Of a stretch of DNA of 64,000 nucleotides, positions 1-11,557 are shown piece after piece. Within the stretch, counting starts at the first letter, position 1, and each line of letters begins with the position of its first letter. The notes beneath the pieces were generated by a model. It saw nothing but the letters and a program-made list of their open reading frames with translations, searched no databases and was not told where the DNA came from. Position numbers and translations under genes: made by a program. The stretch is taken from NCBI GenBank assembly GCA_000004985.1, contig GG738905.1. The stretch is one strand, 5' to 3'. The DNA comes from Naegleria gruberi. Taxonomy: Eukaryota.

Positions 1-489
1 TGAATTTTAGATAAACTTCTATTAGTATCTATTAGATTCTCATCCTTATTTTCATAAGTGATTCCATTATCATTTTGACATTCTGTATTTTCCAATTCTC
101 TTCAACACAACAAAATATTTGAACATCCACCACCAACATTCTACATCCACCACAATCAAAGAATATGCAAACACACCAGAACTATTTGATAATTTAAATG
201 CTTGATACTCTGTATCAGTTGATCCAATTAGATATGTTAATAATACTAACAATTCCAACAATGAATATCCAAATATTTCAATATTTATTCTCTATTATTA
301 CCACAGCTGACATTTTTTTATTAACTTATTAACAAGTGAGTTGTTATCATTTTTGGTTTATGGAAGTAGTCTTCAAAAGGTTATCATTGGAAATTCCAAC
401 ATTGAATTATCAATTTAAATATCTGAAATTATAATTGTCATCAATTCATCTAAATCATCTTCTAATCTTAATCTTCTAATCTTAATCAT

Positions 490-3400
490 CTAATCATCAT
501 TCCAATCAATATCTTGTTTAATTCTAAAATCAACCAACCAATTTTTAACTTTTTCTTTTAATTTTTGTCCATGTTCTTGTTTTTCTCTTTCAATTATATT
601 TAAATCCTTATTTAATTTTAATTTTTTAAAATAAAATCTTTTTAAATAATTTAAATAAAATTCATCTGATTTTTTCTTATTTTCAAATTTTTTAATTAAA
701 CGTTCTTCTTTTGAAAATCTAAATTTTTTAATCCATTCATTAAAATATTTTTTAATTTTTAAATTTCTTTCAAATTCAATTGATTCTTCATAATTATTTA
801 AATGTTCTTTTAAATTTAATTTTAATCCTTTTATGGATTTTGATAAATATTTTCTTTCTTTAATTAAAATTAATTTGTTAATTTTTTCTAATTTTAATTT
901 TTTACGTAATTCAACTTGATCATTAATATTTAATTTTAATCCAATAAATATTTTAATTTTTAATTTCTTTTCATAAATATTAATTGAATTTAATTCTTTT
1001 TCTTTCTTTTCTTTAATTAAATTTAATAATGGATTAAATATTTTCCTTTTTAATAAATTTAAATAAAAATTATCTGCTTTAATTTTTTTCATATTCATTT
1101 CTTGAATTAATTTTTCCTTTTCCAATTGTTTTAATTTTAATAATTCTTTTTCTTTTCTTTTTTCTTCAATTATTTGTTTTTTCCTTTCTTGTTCTTCTTC
1201 TTGTTTTTTCTTTTCTTCTTCCAATTTTAATTTCTAATTTTGTTTTAAATTAAATTAAATAATAAAACAACTTACTTCTTTTTCTTCTTCTTGTAATTTA
1301 TATTTATCTTGTAATTGTTTCCAACGTTCTTTTCTTTCATTAACTCTTTCTTCCATTGCTTTAAGAAATTGTGGTGTTTGTTGATTTGTTGTTGGTTGTT
1401 TTTTTAAATTAATTATATTCGTTGCTGTTGCTGTTGCTGTTGATTTTTCATTATTAGTATTATTACTACTATTTGTATTACTAATATTAGTAGAATTATT
1501 AGATATCTGATTAGAATCATTAATTAAAGAAGTATTTGGTGTAATAATATCACTATGATTACTTATAGTAGAGAGACTACTATTACTATTATTAATTATT
1601 ATATTATTGATAGATGAATGAGTTTCATTATTTAATTCTATTACTTGTTCATTATTGGAAGGAATTAAATCTTTTTCATTACTTGTATTACTTTCATTAA
1701 TATTTGAATTATTATTACTAGTATTTGTAGTATTTGTAGTATTTGAAATATTTCTCTTTTTCTTATTTTCATCATTAATTTTAGAATTAATTATTTGACC
1801 TCCACCACTATTATTTTTAATTTTCCTTCTTGATGTATTAATAATTTCCTGAGGTGTGTTTGTTGTATTATTAAAATAATTACTACTATTACCACCAATA
1901 GTATTATTACTTGTATTATTTGTAGAGCTATTACTATTATTAGTAATATTATTAGAATTATTTGATTCATTTAAAGTTAATTTTTCAATAAAATTATTCA
2001 TCATTTCTTTTCTCCTTAAATGTTGTTTTTCAATAATTTTTCTATCTCTTGATATTTTATATTGACATGTCCATTTAAGGAAATAATGTGATAATATTTT
2101 ACTTCTATGCATTTGATCTGCTGCTTGAATTCTTTTCTTTTCTAATAAAATTGTTTTTTGTATTTTAATTTCTTCTTGTTTTTCTTTTGCTAATTTCCAA
2201 TTTTGTAAAATTGATTTAAATGATTTTTTTTTAATTTTCCATTCATATAATGTCTATTTAAATATTTAAATATTAAATATTAAATTAAATATTTACCTTA
2301 ACTTTTAAAATCATTTGAAATCTTTTTTGACATTTTCTAAACCAAATATTAAATATTTTACTTTTTAAAGTTAAATTATTTGTATTAATTAAATCACTTG
2401 TCATTCTATTTAACATTTCATTTCTTTCCTTTTCATGTTCTTTTAATATTTTTAATTGTTGTTGTTTTAATTTTTCCATTTCCTCTTTCCTTTTTAAAAT
2501 TATTTAATTATTATTAAATATTATTCAAATACTTACATTTGCTGATTTTGTTTAATTGATTTTAATTCTTCCTTTTTAATTTGTTGAACTTGTTTTAATT
2601 TTGATTTTTCTTCTTCAATTTGTTTTTTAATTTTTAAAACTTCTTCTTCAGCTTTTCTCTTTTCATTTTCTGCAATAAATAATTCTTTTTGAGTTGTAAC
2701 ATAATTTGATGTTGATGGTTGTTGATTTGTTCCGATAGATGGTATTTCAACAATACGTTCTTTTTTAATTTTACTATTATTATTAGATGATGGATTTACA
2801 ACAGTATTAGGTGTTGTTGAATTATTAGAATTATTTGTATAATTAGTTCCCAATAATTTAGTTTTAAAAATGTTCATTTGTTGATCTAATGAATTATTAA
2901 TTAAATTTGTATTTAAAATTGAAGAAGGTACAATTGAGTTATCATTAAATTTAGGTTTTTCAATTGAATTCATTGTTGTCACTACTAAATGGTTTATATG
3001 AAAATAATGAATCTTTCTTTTCATCATTTGAAAATATTGATGATGTAAATTTAGATGAAGATGGTCCAATTATTTCATTTACAATATTATCATTATTATT
3101 ACTCATATCATATTTATCAAAATTAAATAAATCACATTGATTCATCATGGTTGAGTTGATGTTGTTGATTATCGGAAGAGTTTAAATCATTTTTTACAAG
3201 TTGAATTTTACTTTCAAAAGTTGGTTCTAAAACATTTAAAACAACAACATTCTTTTTACGTTCCATTGAAAGTCTTAATTTCTCCCATCTTGTTAATTCA
3301 GATGGTCTTTTATCTTTAATTTTATCCATTAATGGTGTATTTAATAATTGATTAGCAGATACTTGATCATCCGATAGTGTTGATTCAATAATTGATTTTG

Positions 3401-3842
3401 TTGTTATTGGATTAGTACTTTTTAATAGTGGATTTTCATTCCTAATTGATGATGTTGTTCTTTTAATTGATGATGATGATAAATTATTACTACTCATATT
3501 AAGACTAGTATTTAATATTAAATTATCTTTAATTTGAAGATTATCTTGTTGTTCTCTTGTTGTCCATTTAGTTATTAGATTTTTAGCCTCCAATCTTAAT
3601 CTTTCCTCACTTGAATTTACTTTTGTATTTACATTATTATTACCAATTCCTTTGATACTTAAATCGGAGGATGATCCTAATGTTGATGATGATGATGAAA
3701 TTAAAAGTGGATGTTGTTGAGGTGTTGTACTTCTATTACCTCTCATATTTGATGATGTTGTTGTATTGTTGGTAGTTGTACTTGATTGGGCGGGAATTGC
3801 TTGCCTCCTTGTACTTCCACCACTGCTCTGAGGTCTTTTCAT
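490..3842 (-). CDS. Multi-exon gene encoding a long K/E-rich coiled-coil protein with Asn/Ser/Thr low-complexity segments and Sfi1-like Trp-containing repeats. Product is unassigned. The 5' part is uncertain.
   Basis: Minus-strand ORFs 490-1224, 1255-2112, 2285-2479 and 2533-3069 join in frame through three short introns. Intron coordinates are about 1234-1275, 2254-2296 and 2490-2536. Each has a GTAAGT or GTAAAT donor and an AAATTAG, TTAAATAG or AAAAAG acceptor. The upstream ORFs 2960-3148 and 3132-3842 are in other frames and could not be joined cleanly. Repeated W-containing K/R-rich units (FNIWFRKCQKRF, HYFLKWTCQYK, LYEWKIKKK, FNEWIKKFRF, KNWLVDFRIKQD) resemble Sfi1 centrin-binding repeats. 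Confidence 0.5.
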
Positions 3843-3999
3843 TAATTTTTATTCAACTTGTTTCGTCTATTTAAATACAATGAAACACATTACTTGTAAT
3901 AATAATACCTTAATATTTTACACCATCATTGAACATCTCCAAATAATGACTCAACTAAGGTTACACTAACATATAAATTTAATTTTGGAATGTAAATAT

Positions 4000-5235
4000 T
4001 TATTGTTGATATTGTAACATATCATCATCTGAATCATGATCATTTTGTTGATTCTTTTGATTTTCTAAATAAGCTTTACCTCCTTGAACAGCCAGAGATG
4101 AGGCTGCTTTTCCACCTTTAACAGCTCCCTTAGCAAGTGTCATGAATCCAGAAGCAACCTTTTTTTGAACCTCCTTATTGGTTGCTGCATTAGCAATTGC
4201 TGTTCCTGCTTTTTGTTGGAATTCCTTATTACCAACAGTTTTAGAAATGGCTGTACCAACTGTTTGTTGAACTTGTTCATTTTGAGCAAATCCTGAAACA
4301 AGTTTGTTGTCAGTATTCTTTGAAATCATATTACCAACTGATTTTTGATATTCTCTATTATTTGAAGCATTAGAAACTGCTGATCCAACTCTTTCTTGAA
4401 CTTTTTCATTGTTTGCAAAATTGGCAACTCCTTGACCCACTTTTTCTTGAACTTGGTCATTATGAACTACTTTACCAACTCCACTATAAACCTTCTTTTC
4501 ATTTTCTGTCAAGTCAGAGGTATCTTCTTTATAGGTTTTCTTTGGTAATGGTGGTGGAGCTCTTCCACTACCACTACTGCTATGACTGTTGTTACCACTA
4601 TTGCTACTGCTACCACCAAGTGACAAGTTTGAAAAACTACTCAAAATACTGCCACTTCTTGATTGTTGTTGTGGTTGCTGTTGTGATACTACTGTATTAC
4701 TATTATTATAATTATAATTGTTAACAACATTATTATTAACTGGAGGTGGAGGAAGTGATGATTGTGGTTTTGGAATGAAAGGAGGTGGAGTTGAAGATTT
4801 TTGAGTTTGTTGTTGTTGAAGAAGTGATTGTGGAAGTGGAGGTGGAACTTTCTTAAAAGAAGGAGGTGGTAATTGACCACTATTAACAACATTATTCACT
4901 GAAGAACGTTCTTCTGGATATTTCTTAAATATTTCTTCTAATATTTGTCTCTTTTCTTCTTGAACAGTTGGTAATTTCTGAGCATTATATTCATACTCTT
5001 TAGCATAATTTGGATCATTAAATTGTGCATGTTCTGATGGTAATCTATGACAAACCAATAATTCATAGGCTTGTAAATAAATATAGCAATTTTCATAATC
5101 ATTAATTCTCTTATATTGACCTGCTTGTTTTAAATAGTTTGCTCCATCTTTAAAGTATTCGGATAATGATCTATTAGAATCAATTAATCCAATCTTTCTA
5201 GAAGCTGTTACATTTAATATATCTATTTTACCCAT
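4000..5235 (-). CDS. Protein with an AMSH/USP8-type N-terminal helical (MIT-like) domain, a Pro/Gln-rich linker and a C-terminal array of ~19-aa tandem repeats. No catalytic domain is present.
   Basis: Single 411-aa ORF. The N-terminus (YFKDGANYLKQAGQYKRINDYENCYIYLQAYELLVCHRLPSEHAQF) follows the USP8/AMSH N-terminal domain pattern. The C-terminus carries about six repeats of NxExVQxxVGxAxxN, visible as ~57-nt DNA repeats around 4140-4500. Confidence 0.55.
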   Translation of the reverse strand: MGKIDILNVTASRKIGLIDSNRSLSEYFKDGANYLKQAGQYKRINDYENCYIYLQAYELLVCHRLPSEHAQFNDPNYAKEYEYNAQKLPTVQEEKRQILEEIFKKYPEERSSVNNVVNSGQLPPPSFKKVPPPLPQSLLQQQQTQKSSTPPPFIPKPQSSLPPPPVNNNVVNNYNYNNSNTVVSQQQPQQQSRSGSILSSFSNLSLGGSSSNSGNNSHSSSGSGRAPPPLPKKTYKEDTSDLTENEKKVYSGVGKVVHNDQVQEKVGQGVANFANNEKVQERVGSAVSNASNNREYQKSVGNMISKNTDNKLVSGFAQNEQVQQTVGTAISKTVGNKEFQQKAGTAIANAATNKEVQKKVASGFMTLAKGAVKGGKAASSLAVQGGKAYLENQKNQQNDHDSDDDMLQYQQ

Positions 5236-5867
5236 TTTGTGTTATTTAGTTATTATTTAATAGTAGTGATGATAATGTTATAATTGATGATCTGTTTTGA
5301 TCTAATAAATTAAAATATTGTGATGATATTCTCTCTAGAGAGTAAAGAAGAATATTTTGGATATGTACAAAAATTAATTTGATATAATTAATAGTATAGG
5401 AAAAATGTTTGATCAGTAATTGAGTCAAACCTTGTGTATCACCAAGTTGTTGTTGTGTTGTTATTTATTTGAATGATGGAAGAACAGCGAACAAGTCGAG
5501 GCTAATTTTTTGTTGGAATGTTGGATGATACTTTGGAGTTTAAATAGAACTCTCATGAATTCGCTCAGCGAAAGATATTGTGTGTAACCCTTTTTTCAAA
5601 ATTAATACATGATAAATTATCTTTCAACTAGGTTTACATGAACTTTAGTTTCAATATTGTAATATTTATTATTTTTTAATTTTATAAAATATTTAATGGT
5701 TCAATTTTGTAAACTCTCTTCCATTTTCTAAAATGAACTGTTATTATTGACCATGCAACTCAATTAATAGAAGAGATTAAACTTGAACAACAATTGGTCT
5801 TGAATATTAAATAATAATGTAATAATGTAAATACGTTTAAAAAATCTTTTTTTAAAATTTAAAAAAA

Positions 5868-7430
5868 ATGCAAAGACTCGGAAAAACAACAAATATTCTC
5901 ATCAACAGTATTGCTCGCGGATCTGCCAAGAGAGCCTTTTCTTCATCTAGTAAATTTTTCACTGCTACTAGTGAACCATGTGGATATCCTGGTGCTGTTA
6001 ATGCTACATTGACTCATGATCTTAAATTCAGATCAAGTATGAATGAAGACGGTACACCATTCCCAATTTTCAACATCATGTCCAAGGATGGTGAAATTGT
6101 CAATGAAAAGGCTTTCAAGGAAATTGATGTAAGTTTTTTATTAGCCAAGCCTTTTTTAATTTTCATCATTTTTCCACAACAAATTAAATGTTGTTACTTC
6201 TTAATACGAATATATAATACTATATACCTGTTTGAATAATATTGTTATATATTCGGTACAAATTGCAATTTATACAATGTATTCTTCTCATCTTTATCTA
6301 TTCATCACTACATTGTCATCAACATTATCATCAACATACGATTACATCATCATCATTGTACAATTTTCAATTTTCTCTTCTTTCAATAACAGTACACAAA
6401 TGAAGATTTAGTTAACATGTACAAAACCATGATTCGTTTGGAAACTATGGATGATATTTTATATAATGCTCAACGTCAAGGACGTGTTAGTTTTTACATG
6501 ACTAATTATGGTGAAGAAGCACTTCAAATTGGATCAGCAAGTGCACTCTCACGTGATGATACAATTTTTGCTCAATATCGTGAAGCAGGTGTTTTAATGC
6601 ATCGTGGATTTACTCTTGATAATTTCCTTAATCAATGCTTCTCAACAATTGAAGATTTTGGAAAAGGTAGACAAATGCCAGTTCACTACGGATCAAAGGA
6701 ATTGAATTTCCAAACAATTTCATCACCACTTGCCACACAAATTCCACAAGCTGCAGGTGCAGGTTATGTTTATAGAATTCAAGGAAAGGAAAATGTTTGT
6801 GTTTGTTACTTTGGTGAAGGTGCTGCTAGTGAAGGTGATTTCCATGCTGCTTTGAATTTTGCATCAACTTTGAATTGTCAAACAATTTTCATTTGTCGTA
6901 ATAATGGTTATGCAATTTCAACTCCAACTCGTGATCAATATCATGGTGATGGTATTGTTGCTAGAGGTATTGGTTATGGTATTCCATCTATTCGTGTTGA
7001 TGGTAATGATTTATTTGCTTCATACTTGGCAACAAAGAAGGCTCGTCAATTGAGTATAGAATCAAAGGGACCAGTTCTTATTGAATTTATGACTTATCGT
7101 GCTGGTCACCATTCTACTTCGGATGATGCTTCTCGTTATAGATCTAATGAAGAATTATCTAAATGGAGAAATGAACAAAATCCAATTATTCGTTTCCGTA
7201 AATATTTAGAAAAGAATCAATTGTGGAATGAAGAAATGGAAAAGACTGAACGTGATACTAATAGAAAGACTGTCTTGTCGTTGTTGGCAAAGGTTGAACA
7301 TGCTCCAAAACCACATCTTGATGAATTAGTTTTGGATGTTTTCGATCAAGTTCCTCAACATTTACAACATCAAAGAGAATGGACTGAAAATATTGTTAAG
7401 AAATATCCAGAAGCTTTTGAAGGTCATTAA
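5868..7430 (+). CDS. BCKDHA: 2-oxoisovalerate dehydrogenase (branched-chain alpha-keto acid dehydrogenase) E1 alpha subunit, mitochondrial. Two exons.
   Basis: Exon 1 is 5868-6128 and ends ...KAFKEID with a GTAAGT donor at 6129. The intron ends with the acceptor ...caataacAG at 6392. Exon 2 is 6393-7430. The joined protein aligns along its length with BCKDHA (FYMTNYGEEA, YREAGVLM, GKGRQMPVHYG, ISSPLATQIPQAAGA, CYFGEGAASEGD, FICRNNGYAISTP, GYGIPSIRVDGND, EFMTYRAGHHSTSDD). Confidence 0.85.
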
Positions 7431-7456
7431 ATTTGTAGTTGTTACACAAATAAAAA

Positions 7457-7462
7457 GGCGCC
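7457..7462. promoter_or_regulatory. GGCGCC-core element (AAGGCGCCAATTTT) 13 nt upstream of the 7475 ATG, in the 44-nt spacer after BCKDHA.
   Basis: One instance of the recurrent TTGGCGCCAA(A)-like GC-rich palindrome found in AT-rich spacers. Confidence 0.3.
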
Positions 7463-7474
7463 AATTTTGAAAAA

Positions 7475-9280
7475 ATGTCATCAACAAATGTAACGGAAAA
7501 GCAACAAATTAAACAACCTAAATCATCATCACCACCACTACCTCCCTCATCATCCTCAACAATTCCCACGCCAATATCTTCAAATAAGCCAAAATTAAGG
7601 AAGAAATCTTCAATGAAAAACAATGATAACAAACCCGAACCTTATGATCCCTTCAATTTATTTGAATACGACAATAGAGCCATTGCACTACAAACACTTC
7701 AGAGAATTAATGATAATCTCCTCAACAATAATACATCTAACATTTCATCAGCACTCAATTATCAAGATATCAACAATGGAATATCCCCTAATTCATCTGT
7801 ATCATCATTTCATAATAGTAGTAGTAGAAGGAGAGCATCTATTTCTTCATCATCACTTACACCAAGATCTTTATCAACTAGTAATAATAATAGGAAGAGT
7901 CCTCGTCAGCTAAGAGAAACAACACCATCTTCACAACAACCTTCAGCACCAGTGAAAAGAACTATTTCCAATCAATCATCACCATCCAAGTTTTCATCAG
8001 TGAGTGGATCTTCAACAACTCCTCGACATAATGTGTTTAATAGATCAAATTCTGATTCTCAAACAATTTCAAATCATAGACCTTCCAATTCAAAGAGAAG
8101 GGCATCTATTGGTGGTATGGGAACAAGTAATTGTCAACAACATGAAAATAATTGTATATGTAGTCATTGTGGACATGAAATGAAATTAAAAGAAGAAAAG
8201 AAACCTCTCATCACACCAACAAATGAAATTTTCAAAGCCTTAACAGAAATTGAATATGAACAGGCGCTAAAACAAAGTATGAAAGGAATGGACAAGGTTA
8301 ATTTAAATGATGAAGAACAATTGGATTTAGTTGCTGAAATATTATCTGAAACTTTATTAAAGAATGATGGATTAAGTTTATCCTCGAAAAGAAAACAAAA
8401 ACTAAAGAAAGCAACTCACTTTTCACAAACTGAAACTTATTTTGAGAATAGAATTGATAATAGACCTTCACAAACAATAGAGAAACAATTTGATTTTACT
8501 AATTGTGAATCAACTAACAAGACAAATGTCGAAACAAATCAGCAATTAGTTAATTCTAATATTGTTAATAATAATAATAGAAATGCACCAATTAAGAAAA
8601 AACCAAATATTCAAATATTTAGAAATATTGAGGAAAAGAATATTTCACCTCTTGATGAGGAATGTAAATTAATTTCAGAACCATTTATTACAATTCAAAA
8701 TAATCGAATGAATTTCTATCCAAACGAACCAACAAGAATAGCACCTGTGAGTAGGAAGAAGGATTCACGCAATATTCCATCAAGCAAACAACCAATTTAT
8801 AATGAACAAAAGGTTCAATCAAGAAAATCATCACCTCAACAAACTTCATCAGTAACTGAAAACAACAATGAAACTCAAACTAATGCATACATTGAGTATG
8901 ATACTAATGAAGATCAACCTGATAGTATTAATACTGATACTACTAGTGATGATGATAACATGGTGTATAGAGATAAATGTCTGAACACTGATGATTGTTT
9001 AATTATGAATGAAGAAATAAGGAATGAACTTTATGAAAATGCTAAACGAAAAGGACAAGATGAAATAGTTAGAATGTATATTAATTCTAAATTGAAAGAG
9101 AGATTAACAAAGCAAAGTAAGAGAAGTGATAGAAAATCATCTCTTTCATTCTTATTTCCTGGTCTTTACAAGAAAATTCAAACAGATTTGAAATTAAAAA
9201 GATTAGAAAGTACAGACCCATACAAAAAACCAATGAATAATATAATTCAAGAAATGAAATCTCTCGTTGAAAGATGTTGA
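7475..9280 (+). CDS. Ser/Asn-rich low-complexity hypothetical protein (601 aa).
   Basis: Long single ORF starting in an aaaaaATG context 44 nt after the BCKDHA stop. Serine-rich, with a small Cys/His cluster (CICSHCGHEM). No recognisable domain. Confidence 0.5.
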   Translation: MSSTNVTEKQQIKQPKSSSPPLPPSSSSTIPTPISSNKPKLRKKSSMKNNDNKPEPYDPFNLFEYDNRAIALQTLQRINDNLLNNNTSNISSALNYQDINNGISPNSSVSSFHNSSSRRRASISSSSLTPRSLSTSNNNRKSPRQLRETTPSSQQPSAPVKRTISNQSSPSKFSSVSGSSTTPRHNVFNRSNSDSQTISNHRPSNSKRRASIGGMGTSNCQQHENNCICSHCGHEMKLKEEKKPLITPTNEIFKALTEIEYEQALKQSMKGMDKVNLNDEEQLDLVAEILSETLLKNDGLSLSSKRKQKLKKATHFSQTETYFENRIDNRPSQTIEKQFDFTNCESTNKTNVETNQQLVNSNIVNNNNRNAPIKKKPNIQIFRNIEEKNISPLDEECKLISEPFITIQNNRMNFYPNEPTRIAPVSRKKDSRNIPSSKQPIYNEQKVQSRKSSPQQTSSVTENNNETQTNAYIEYDTNEDQPDSINTDTTSDDDNMVYRDKCLNTDDCLIMNEEIRNELYENAKRKGQDEIVRMYINSKLKERLTKQSKRSDRKSSLSFLFPGLYKKIQTDLKLKRLESTDPYKKPMNNIIQEMKSLVERC

Positions 9281-9335
9281 AATTATAACTACTTGAATTC
9301 TTTGTAACTTATCGTAAATTACCTTTGTTATTTAA

Positions 9336-9340
9336 GCGCC
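9336..9340. promoter_or_regulatory. GCGCC-core element (TAAGCGCCATTTTT) about 40 nt upstream of the kinesin ATG.
   Basis: Degenerate variant of the same motif. Confidence 0.25.
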
Positions 9341-9380
9341 ATTTTTAAATTCATAAACGTTAAAAGCCTTTTAAAAAAAA

Positions 9381-11552
9381 ATGAGTCTACAAGACTCTCC
9401 GTCATCATCAGCCTTAATTCAAGATGAAATGCTTCATCACTCTCCAAATGATACTCATGAATTTTTAGTGAGGAAAACAACAAATTATGATTGTGATGTT
9501 AGTTATGATATTAGTAGATCCGGACTATATTCTTCATTCTCTAGTAGTAGTATTTGTAGTAATATTCTTGATGAATCCAATACAATGCTTGTTTTTCCAT
9601 CTCCCATTGAAAAGACATCAATTAATCATCAAACTAATCAAGAAATATCCCCTCCAGGAGGTAGAACTGTTGTTGATGGAAATAATAGTGGAGATGATAG
9701 TTTAATGTTAGGTTTGCCTTCTCCAATAGATTCTTCTTGTTATCAAACACCTGTTCAGCAAAGTACAGCCTATAAGAAGAGAATGATATTTAGTGATTAT
9801 TCATCTATTGGACCATGTTCAGTAAAATCAGATTGGAGTGATGTTCCATTAAGTGAATTGAGTAATATCCAAACACCACTCAAAAGAAATGTATATATAA
9901 CTGATTCAACTCCAAGAAATGTAGTTAATGCTCTTGTATTGAATAAGGGATTCTTATCAAGCGATTCTAAGAGAAAGAGTTTAAAGGTTAAAAAATTAAA
10001 TGTTTCAGGTTCTCCTCAAAGAATATTTGATGATTTGGAATTGTCAAATATTATTGAAGAAAAGGAAAATTCTAATCCACAATTTCAACAACAATCACTT
10101 CAACTCAATAATAGTAATTGCTCAACTATTCATAATGGACAAGCATCTAAGAATTCATCCTCAATATTTTCCTCACTTAAAGATTTAAAGTATTACAATG
10201 AGTCGTCTGGTATTTTAGATTCACCTCCTGAATATAGTTTATGTAGTTGCTGCAAGAGTAAAGATAGAGAAATTGAAGAATTGAAAAGAAGATTATTTGA
10301 ACAAGAAGAAAAGTTTAATGATTTATTGAAAGAACATCAAAAATATTTAACTCTAGATAGATGTGATACATTATCGGATACTTCAACTTTGTCAACTGGT
10401 TCAAATCAATCGGATACTTCAACTAGGAAAACACTAAGAAATGTAATTTCATTTGAAAATTCAAAATTTATCAAATTGTACTGCCGAGTTAGAAATTATA
10501 CACAAGATGAATTAGAAAATGTACAGAAAAATCAAACCAATCTAAGTTCCTTAATAACACATTCAGAAGCAAATTTGTCATTTGAGTCATCAAGTCAAAT
10601 GTTGGAAGGACAAATTCAAGATGAAAGTAATTCAGTGGTTGCAACAGACGAAACAAGAATCACTATAAGAAAGTACTTAAAGAATTCAGTATCTGGAATG
10701 GGAAGTAAAATGTCAAAATATGAATTTCATTTTGACAAAGTATTTGGATATAATACAGATAATGATGAAGTTACAGATTCATTAAGTAATTTCATTGACA
10801 GAGTTGTCTATGATGAACCTCAACAAAGATTGACAGTTCTTGCGTATGGTGCAACTGGTAGTGGTAAAACATATACTATTAATGCTGTAATGAATTATGT
10901 GCAGAATATGTTGTTTAGCCCTGAAAAGAGTAGAATAGTTAGAGGTGTTTATTTCAATTGTTTTGAAATTTATAATGAACAAACTCAATTATTAATTAGC
11001 AAAGATGTTGATGAATTTATAAGAGTGGATTCAGTTCAAGATTTAGAAAGATTAATTATTAAATCCCAGAATAAGAGAAAATGTGCTGAAACTGAATATA
11101 ACAAGAAAAGTTCTAGAAGTCATTGCATTTATAGATTCAAAGTTTGTTTTGATCAACAAGATGATCAATACTACAATGTTTTGAATGTGATAGATTTGGC
11201 TGGAAGTGAGAAGTTATCAAGTGATGAATTTATTCAAAATCAAACAAAAGATACTTCAGATTTTAGAGATTTGAAAAAGATGAGAAATTCAGAGACTGTC
11301 AATATTAACAAATCACTTTCAGTGCTAAGCCAAGTAATTAAGGGACTTGCTCAAGGATCTAAATTCATTAATTATAGAGACTCTGTTCTGACAAAGATTT
11401 TAAAGAATGATTTATCTCAAGTTGCTTTGATTGTGAATATTAAACCTCCAACTCAATCCAAAGACAAGATTGAAATTGAAAAGATTGTAAATTCATTAAC
11501 CTTTGCAAAGAAAGCAAATGCTTTTGAGATTACAAAATCCAATGTAAAATAA
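9381..11552 (+). CDS. Kinesin-like protein with a divergent C-terminal motor domain.
   Basis: The C-terminal half carries the kinesin motifs GATGSGKTYTI (P-loop), SSRSHCIY (switch I) and IDLAGSE (switch II). The N-terminal ~440 aa are non-motor and low-complexity. Confidence 0.7.
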   Translation: MSLQDSPSSSALIQDEMLHHSPNDTHEFLVRKTTNYDCDVSYDISRSGLYSSFSSSSICSNILDESNTMLVFPSPIEKTSINHQTNQEISPPGGRTVVDGNNSGDDSLMLGLPSPIDSSCYQTPVQQSTAYKKRMIFSDYSSIGPCSVKSDWSDVPLSELSNIQTPLKRNVYITDSTPRNVVNALVLNKGFLSSDSKRKSLKVKKLNVSGSPQRIFDDLELSNIIEEKENSNPQFQQQSLQLNNSNCSTIHNGQASKNSSSIFSSLKDLKYYNESSGILDSPPEYSLCSCCKSKDREIEELKRRLFEQEEKFNDLLKEHQKYLTLDRCDTLSDTSTLSTGSNQSDTSTRKTLRNVISFENSKFIKLYCRVRNYTQDELENVQKNQTNLSSLITHSEANLSFESSSQMLEGQIQDESNSVVATDETRITIRKYLKNSVSGMGSKMSKYEFHFDKVFGYNTDNDEVTDSLSNFIDRVVYDEPQQRLTVLAYGATGSGKTYTINAVMNYVQNMLFSPEKSRIVRGVYFNCFEIYNEQTQLLISKDVDEFIRVDSVQDLERLIIKSQNKRKCAETEYNKKSSRSHCIYRFKVCFDQQDDQYYNVLNVIDLAGSEKLSSDEFIQNQTKDTSDFRDLKKMRNSETVNINKSLSVLSQVIKGLAQGSKFINYRDSVLTKILKNDLSQVALIVNIKPPTQSKDKIEIEKIVNSLTFAKKANAFEITKSNVK

Positions 11553-11557
11553 TAATT

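Noticed and set aside
4413-4724. Plus-strand ORF (103 aa, Tyr/Cys/His-rich) inside the 4000-5235 gene
   Set aside because: It is antisense to a well-supported minus-strand coding region. Its odd composition is just the complement of the repeat-encoding codons. There is no start context and no homology.
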